From a virus (lineage: Duplodnaviria; Caudoviricetes): a DNA stretch of 49,816 bases. The DNA lies in IMG/VR virus record IMGVR_UViG_3300033519_000095, positions 1-49,816 of that record. One strand, 5' to 3'. The translations under genes were made by a program, and so were the position numbers. Of this stretch, positions 44,657 to 49,816 are shown piece by piece; position 1 is the stretch's first letter; each line of letters opens with the position of its first letter. Below the pieces are notes generated by a model, which did no database searches, had not been told where the DNA came from, and saw nothing but the letters and a program-made list of their open reading frames with translations.

Positions 44657-46592
44657 ACTATCCAAATATCTTTTAATAGGATTACTAGAGCAAGAATCCA
44701 AAATAGTAGCACTATATGGAGGTGGATTTAAACCCCCAACCAGAGGGCATTTTGAAGTTGTTAAAAAAACATTAAAAGATCATCCTGAAATAGATAAATT
44801 TTATATTGTTGTAGGTAGTGGATTACGAAATAATATATCACAAGATGAATCAACATCTGTTTGGGAAATTTATAAAAAATATCTCCCCAACAATATAGAA
44901 ATAATAAAATCCCAATCACCACTTTCATATATTAAAAAATATATCCAAGACAACCCAGAAAATACAATATATACTGTTATAGGTACTAGAGAAGGGGATG
45001 AAAATGATATTAAAGATTTTATCCAACGTAAAGCATTTTTTGAAAAGTATAGCAATAAAGTCCAAGTATTAAATATTATAACCTCTGGTGGAATTAGTGG
45101 GACTGCAGCTAGAAAAGCTGCAATGGAATCTAAGGAAGAATTCTTAAAATTCTTACCTGAGGATTTAACAGGAGAAGAACAAGATATAATATTTGAATAT
45201 GTTAAATCTGTCATACAAGAAATAATTACTGAACCAGAATTAGATAATATCGAAAAAATTGCGGATGAGTGGTTTGAAGAATATGGTATAGATATTAAAT
45301 TTACTCGTCATTTCCTAGAAAGAATAAATGATATACGAAATGGAAAACCAATATCTGTAGAAGAATTAGAAGACATATTCACCAAATCAGCAGAAAAATA
45401 CGGAGAAAAATTATCTAAATTACCAAATGATTTCCAAGCTGTGTTGCATAATTTACGTACTGATATTAATTTACCATTTGTTTTAAATTATGATAGAAAA
45501 AATGATGAGATGGATTTAGTTGCTAAAACTATAATGCGTAAACGAAATTTTCAAACTTCAAACCCAAAATTAACATTAGAAAATAATTCTATATTATTTA
45601 TGGATTTCCCTTCTTTGATAAAGTCACTTACAAAGTACATGGTAAATCAAGGTATGAATATTAAACCATTACCTAAAGTTAGATTTATTAAAAACGATGA
45701 TAAAAATGCAAATAATTTCTTCGGAAAAACGGCATATTATGACCCAAATCAACGCCTTATAGTATTATATACTATGAACCGCCATCCAAAAGATGTTATG
45801 CGTTCATTCGCGCATGAGATGATTCACCATATGCAAAACTGTGAAAATAGATTAGATAATATTGCTACAGATAATACAAATGAAGATGGAGCACTGCCTG
45901 AAATTGAAAAAGAGGCATATGAAAAAGGAAATATGACTTTTAGAAATTGGGAAGATAGTATTAAGAATCCCCCACTACAATTAACTGAAGGTAAATACGA
46001 TAAAATTTCTAATACAATATCCTCCAACATATTTAACCAATGGAAAAAGGATTTTGAAGATGATAAAATAGAAAGTTTATATCAAGAATATATTCAATCC
46101 CCAACTTTAGATTTTGATGTAATTGCGGTTTTAAAATTTATAAATGAAGGTGAATCTTTAGAAGTTGATGGTGGGCTTGAAGAAAACGAAGATGGAAATA
46201 TAATATATGTTGATTTTAAAATAGATAGAAATACTTTACCTGAAATGTGGTCTGAAATTTCTATGAATCTTAAAGATGTTATACGCCATGAAATTGAACA
46301 TATTACCCAATCAGATATAGAAAAATACCCATCAAAATATATGGAAAATGATCAGCTTATTAGAAATTTAATTAATGCTGAGTTATTATCTCCATCTCAA
46401 TATTTTAAACTTGAAAAAGAAATAGATGCTAATCTACAAGGAATGTATTTTAGAGCTAAAAAAGAAAAAAGACCATTCATAGAAGTTATAGATGATTATT
46501 TATCTCGTCAAGATATAACTCCCAAACAAAAAGAAGAAATAATAGATCTTTGGAGAACACGATCTAAAGCATTATCTTTACCAAAATTCTAA
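44649..46592 (+). CDS. multidomain protein: HIGH-type nucleotidyltransferase, unknown domain and two HExxH domains
   Basis: GGGFKPPTRGH and ISGTAAR; FTRHFLER; HEMIH; HEIEH. Confidence 0.8.
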   Translation: MNRLSKYLLIGLLEQESKIVALYGGGFKPPTRGHFEVVKKTLKDHPEIDKFYIVVGSGLRNNISQDESTSVWEIYKKYLPNNIEIIKSQSPLSYIKKYIQDNPENTIYTVIGTREGDENDIKDFIQRKAFFEKYSNKVQVLNIITSGGISGTAARKAAMESKEEFLKFLPEDLTGEEQDIIFEYVKSVIQEIITEPELDNIEKIADEWFEEYGIDIKFTRHFLERINDIRNGKPISVEELEDIFTKSAEKYGEKLSKLPNDFQAVLHNLRTDINLPFVLNYDRKNDEMDLVAKTIMRKRNFQTSNPKLTLENNSILFMDFPSLIKSLTKYMVNQGMNIKPLPKVRFIKNDDKNANNFFGKTAYYDPNQRLIVLYTMNRHPKDVMRSFAHEMIHHMQNCENRLDNIATDNTNEDGALPEIEKEAYEKGNMTFRNWEDSIKNPPLQLTEGKYDKISNTISSNIFNQWKKDFEDDKIESLYQEYIQSPTLDFDVIAVLKFINEGESLEVDGGLEENEDGNIIYVDFKIDRNTLPEMWSEISMNLKDVIRHEIEHITQSDIEKYPSKYMENDQLIRNLINAELLSPSQYFKLEKEIDANLQGMYFRAKKEKRPFIEVIDDYLSRQDITPKQKEEIIDLWRTRSKALSLPKF

Positions 46593-46594
46593 TT

Positions 46595-47125
46595 ATGGGA
46601 GATTTATTAAACATATATAGTTTAATTAAAGAAGAAGAACAACAAGTAGAATCACAAAAATATAAAATATTTTGTGATATGGATGGTGTTATAACAGATT
46701 TTGATGAGCGATTTGATTATTTTGCTGGAATAAGTCCTAAAGAATATGAATCCCAATATGGTAAAAAGAAATTTTGGAATTTAATTAACGATGCTGGTAT
46801 AGGATTCTGGGTAGGAATGAAATGGATGTCAGATGGTAAACAATTATGGAAATATATCCAAAAATATTCCCCATCTATACTATCAGCCCCTTCAAATGAT
46901 CCTTCATCCAGATTTGGAAAAAAAGAATGGATTAAAAATAATTTACCTGGAATAAAATTAATTCTATCTAAAGCAACCGATAAAAAAAATTATTCAGGGA
47001 AATATCATATACTTATAGACGATAGAGCAAGCAATGTGCAAGATTGGATATCTGCAGGTGGTATAGGAATATTACATACCTCGACAGAGAATACAATTAA
47101 TCAATTACAAAAATTAGGATTATAA
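46595..47125 (+). CDS. HAD-family 5'(3')-nucleotidase-like phosphatase
   Basis: FCDMDGV, ILSAP, K, LIDD, W-x3-GGIGILH. Confidence 0.88.
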   Translation: MGDLLNIYSLIKEEEQQVESQKYKIFCDMDGVITDFDERFDYFAGISPKEYESQYGKKKFWNLINDAGIGFWVGMKWMSDGKQLWKYIQKYSPSILSAPSNDPSSRFGKKEWIKNNLPGIKLILSKATDKKNYSGKYHILIDDRASNVQDWISAGGIGILHTSTENTINQLQKLGL

Positions 47126-47697
47126 TGTCAAATAACGTTTTAAAGAAACAGTTTAACGAAAAAGATATTCAACGAGTACGAAATATTGTAACAGGAAAGA
47201 ATAATGATCGTATAACTCACGGAATAGGATACACTAAAGAAACAGAAGACCATGTTGATGGGGATATTTGGGTTGAAAATGGTAGGACTTGGATTATTAA
47301 AGATGGAATAAAACAAAATGTTACTAAAATGGATAAATTTAAAAAAGTAACAGTTCCATTGTTTTGTCCCTCTTGTAAACAAGTTATGGATAAACAATTA
47401 GATCCTCACTATTTTAAATCATATGGTTCCTGTTTAAATTGTAGAACTGTATTTGAAACAAAACATAAAATTAATGGGACTTGGGAAGAATATACTAATA
47501 ATTTATTCAATCAAGAAATAGATCAAGCAATAGAAGAATATAAAATATTTTATAAAGAAAAACTAGAAGAAAGTAATCTAGGAACAGTTACAGAAAATGG
47601 TGATATTGAAAGATGGATTGGTTCTATTAATAGAGAAAGAGCAGATGAATCTTTAAATGAGGTTATTGAATATTTGGAAAATCTTAAAAAATATTAA
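47125..47697 (+). CDS. Zn-finger hypothetical protein
   Basis: CPSC...CLNC. Confidence 0.7.
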   Translation: MSNNVLKKQFNEKDIQRVRNIVTGKNNDRITHGIGYTKETEDHVDGDIWVENGRTWIIKDGIKQNVTKMDKFKKVTVPLFCPSCKQVMDKQLDPHYFKSYGSCLNCRTVFETKHKINGTWEEYTNNLFNQEIDQAIEEYKIFYKEKLEESNLGTVTENGDIERWIGSINRERADESLNEVIEYLENLKKY

Positions 47698-47699
47698 AA

Positions 47700-48317
47700 A
47701 TGATTGTCTTGATAACTACAGTAACTGTTGCTTTAATTACGGCTGTAATAGGACCTATTGCAGTAAGTTGGGTAAAATTAAAAATGGAGAAAAAATCCAC
47801 CACCACCCCAATACATGATGCTTTAGAATCATCTACCCAAATAGATGATCAACTTAATATGATGATGAAAGAATTAGAATGTGATAGAATTTGGATAGCA
47901 CAATTCCATAATGGAGGATATTTTTATCTAACAAACCGCTCAATCCAAAAATTTTCAATATTCTATGAAAAATGTACTCTAGACACCCCAAATATTCAAA
48001 ATACATTCCAAAATATTCCTGTGTCTTTATTCCCTAGAGTATTATCTAAAGTATATAAAGATAATGAAATTTCAATTGATAATATTGATAATGCAGAGGA
48101 TACATTTGGTTTAGAACATTTAACTACTCAATTTAATACTAAATCTATATGTATGATAGGTTTACATAGTTTAGATAATCATTTAATAGGTGTAATAGGT
48201 ATATCATTCAAACAACCCTACCATATAAAAAAAGAAGAATGGATATATATTAGAAAAAAAATAGGAGTTATTGGAACATTACTATCCAAATATTTATACG
48301 CAACAAATAAGAAATAA
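47700..48317 (+). CDS. N-terminal TM plus GAF-like domain protein (possible T4 T-like holin)
   Basis: Single TM, then CDRIWIAQFHNGG...IGVIGI. Confidence 0.55.
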   Translation: MIVLITTVTVALITAVIGPIAVSWVKLKMEKKSTTTPIHDALESSTQIDDQLNMMMKELECDRIWIAQFHNGGYFYLTNRSIQKFSIFYEKCTLDTPNIQNTFQNIPVSLFPRVLSKVYKDNEISIDNIDNAEDTFGLEHLTTQFNTKSICMIGLHSLDNHLIGVIGISFKQPYHIKKEEWIYIRKKIGVIGTLLSKYLYATNKK

Positions 48318-48529
48318 TGAAAGACAATTTTGATGAATATAAATGGTTTAAAAATCAATATTTAAATGAAAATGATAATACTATAAATAATATTGAACTT
48401 CTAGCAGATCCTAGAGATTTAAAATATCTCAAAGATTTACTTAGAATTATTATTACTGATTTAAATGCACAAGATGTTGATATAGAAGATATAAAATTAT
48501 ACTTATCTCAATTTATTGACCAAATATAA
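48317..48529 (+). CDS. acidic small protein with MKDNFD leader
   Basis: Leader shared with 48550..48963. Confidence 0.6.
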   Translation: MKDNFDEYKWFKNQYLNENDNTINNIELLADPRDLKYLKDLLRIIITDLNAQDVDIEDIKLYLSQFIDQI

Positions 48530-48549
48530 TATTTATAATAAAATAAAAC

Positions 48550-48963
48550 ATGAAAGACAATTTTGACTTAAAAAGATTCTTAACAGAACATAAAGTATTT
48601 GAAAACTTTAACCCATTTATGGCCGAGGATTATAGTATGGAAGATGAAGATAAAAAAAATTCATTGCGTGATCGAATTAGAGAAATAATAATATCTGAAT
48701 TATCCCTTCAAGAAACAGAATTAGATGAAGCTAAGAAAGATAAAGAAGAAGAAACAGTAGATGATGTTGAATTAGAAGACACTACTGAATTTGAAACAGA
48801 ACCTGAAACCGAAGTAGCTCCTGATTTAGATGGGGGAGAAAAAGAAATAATGGACTCACTAGAAAATGCTCTCGAATTTGCAAAACAAAAAGGAGATGAT
48901 AAATTGATTGACCAAATTGGAAATACAATTACATTCTTCACAAGACAATATATCGTAAAATAA
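48550..48963 (+). CDS. highly acidic protein, probable head-internal/scaffold-like
   Basis: MKDNFDLKRFLTE leader; E/D-rich. Confidence 0.65.
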   Translation: MKDNFDLKRFLTEHKVFENFNPFMAEDYSMEDEDKKNSLRDRIREIIISELSLQETELDEAKKDKEEETVDDVELEDTTEFETEPETEVAPDLDGGEKEIMDSLENALEFAKQKGDDKLIDQIGNTITFFTRQYIVK

Positions 48964-48987
48964 TCAAATCTATAATAAATAAAATAT

Positions 48988-49158
48988 ATGAACACAATTG
49001 AATTAATTGAAGTAATGGAAACATTATTAGAAGTAGTAAAGACAGAAAATACAAAAACCACTAAAGCAGCTCATGGACGTGCTCGTAAAGCATCCAGTGA
49101 ATTGAAAAAACTAGCTAGTGAATTTAAAAAAACGTCTCTATCAGAAGATAAAGCTTAA
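48988..49158 (+). CDS. histone H1-like (Hc1-like) small DNA-binding protein
   Basis: 56 aa; KAAHGRARKASSELKKLASEFKK motif; missed by the ORF track. Confidence 0.65.
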   Translation: MNTIELIEVMETLLEVVKTENTKTTKAAHGRARKASSELKKLASEFKKTSLSEDKA

Positions 49159-49164
49159 TTTAAA

Positions 49165-49449
49165 ATGCTCAACGAAAAAAAACTTACTGCCGACGAATTA
49201 GCAGCCCGTGAAAAAATAATTATGGGTATGAAAAAAAACAAGTCTCAACTTGTGAAGAAATTTGGTAAAGATGCAGAAAAAGTTATGTATGGTAGAGCAA
49301 CAAATATAGCTAAAAAACAGGTGGAAGATAAAACTGGAACCGTGGAAGAAAAATTAAAAAAAGCTGTGAGAACTACATTAAGTGTATCTCCATCTTCTAA
49401 ATTTTCTGAATTAACCGAAAGAATATTCTCTAAAATGAGGAATAAATAA
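49165..49449 (+). CDS. basic hypothetical protein
   Basis: EKKLT-x2-E...GKDAEKVMYGRAT. Confidence 0.65.
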   Translation: MLNEKKLTADELAAREKIIMGMKKNKSQLVKKFGKDAEKVMYGRATNIAKKQVEDKTGTVEEKLKKAVRTTLSVSPSSKFSELTERIFSKMRNK

Positions 49450-49816
49450 TGACAAGAGAAGAACTTATTATACGAATTCGTAAATTAGCATTTGAAGTTG
49501 TTAATTCAAGAAAACAAGCAGAGGTAGCCACAATTGAATATGATGAATTAATTAAATTCCCTGAATTAAAGAAAATATTAATTGATTTATTAACTAATGA
49601 ATTTGATAAGTTTTTATCATCAATAGATTGGGTTGCTCCTCGACCAACTACATTTAGAATTAACTTAAAAAACAACCAAGAATTTTATATAATGTTTGGT
49701 AAAAGAAGTTGGATTGCACAAGTGGAAGGTAAAAAATATTATTTATTAAACTTACCCGAAGAGGAAAGAGCAGCAGAGGCCATATCTCGTATCTTAAGAT
49801 ATGGAATGAAAACAGA
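49449..49816 (+). CDS. hypothetical protein (runs off the window)
   Basis: MTREELIIRIRKLAFE...WVAPRPTTFRINL, open to the end. Confidence 0.65.
   Translation, partial: MTREELIIRIRKLAFEVVNSRKQAEVATIEYDELIKFPELKKILIDLLTNEFDKFLSSIDWVAPRPTTFRINLKNNQEFYIMFGKRSWIAQVEGKKYYLLNLPEEERAAEAISRILRYGMKT

Larger units (their letters stand above)
25852..48537 (+). promoter_or_regulatory. late-type motif ATAT(T/G)TAT(A/T) before structural and right-arm genes
   Basis: At 25852, 28861, 31470, 38894, 43886, 48290, 48529; also before the endonucleases at 9376 and 4623 (minus strand); AT-rich, so some chance hits are expected. Confidence 0.6.

Noticed and set aside
271-49675. Short minus-strand and nested ORFs in the track (for example 2032..2412, 8504..8776, 42672..43037, 48708..49061)
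   Set aside because: Shadows of well-supported plus-strand genes.
1-49816. Stop-codon reassignment, retron or diversity-generating retroelement
   Set aside because: Long genes are intact in the standard code with all three stops in use, and no reverse transcriptase is visible.

Overview
Very AT-rich, almost entirely plus-strand segment of a large T4-like (myovirus-type) phage. Promoter style and Shine-Dalgarno-free, A-rich starts point to a Bacteroidota (Flavobacteria-like) host; this is an inference. The left part (about 1-22 kb) is a hyperplastic early region of small ORFs, most preceded by a repeated (G)GAA/TTTG-N~20-TTCGTATATT promoter (30 exact copies counted by eye). It also holds two DUF932 genes, a RadA/Sms-like ATPase, LAGLIDADG and GIY-YIG endonucleases, a multi-hairpin non-coding segment and a cluster of tRNA-like elements. 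The right part (about 22-49.8 kb) carries an HD protein, a gp55-like sigma factor, a baseplate/tail module, primase, a PD-(D/E)XK nuclease, a kinase/nucleotidyltransferase/HAD trio and probable head-internal proteins, with an ATATTTATA late-type motif. The most striking signal is an integron-like system. An IntI-related tyrosine recombinase lacking the IntI-specific insertion (1835-2635) sits next to three cassettes separated by attC-like hairpins (TAAC...GTTA). Each cassette has self-complementary GTTA.../...TAAC ends, and further solo cassettes occur at about 18.3 and 20.6 kb. The polarity looks inverted relative to canonical integrons. All family calls come from motif recognition only; no searches were run.
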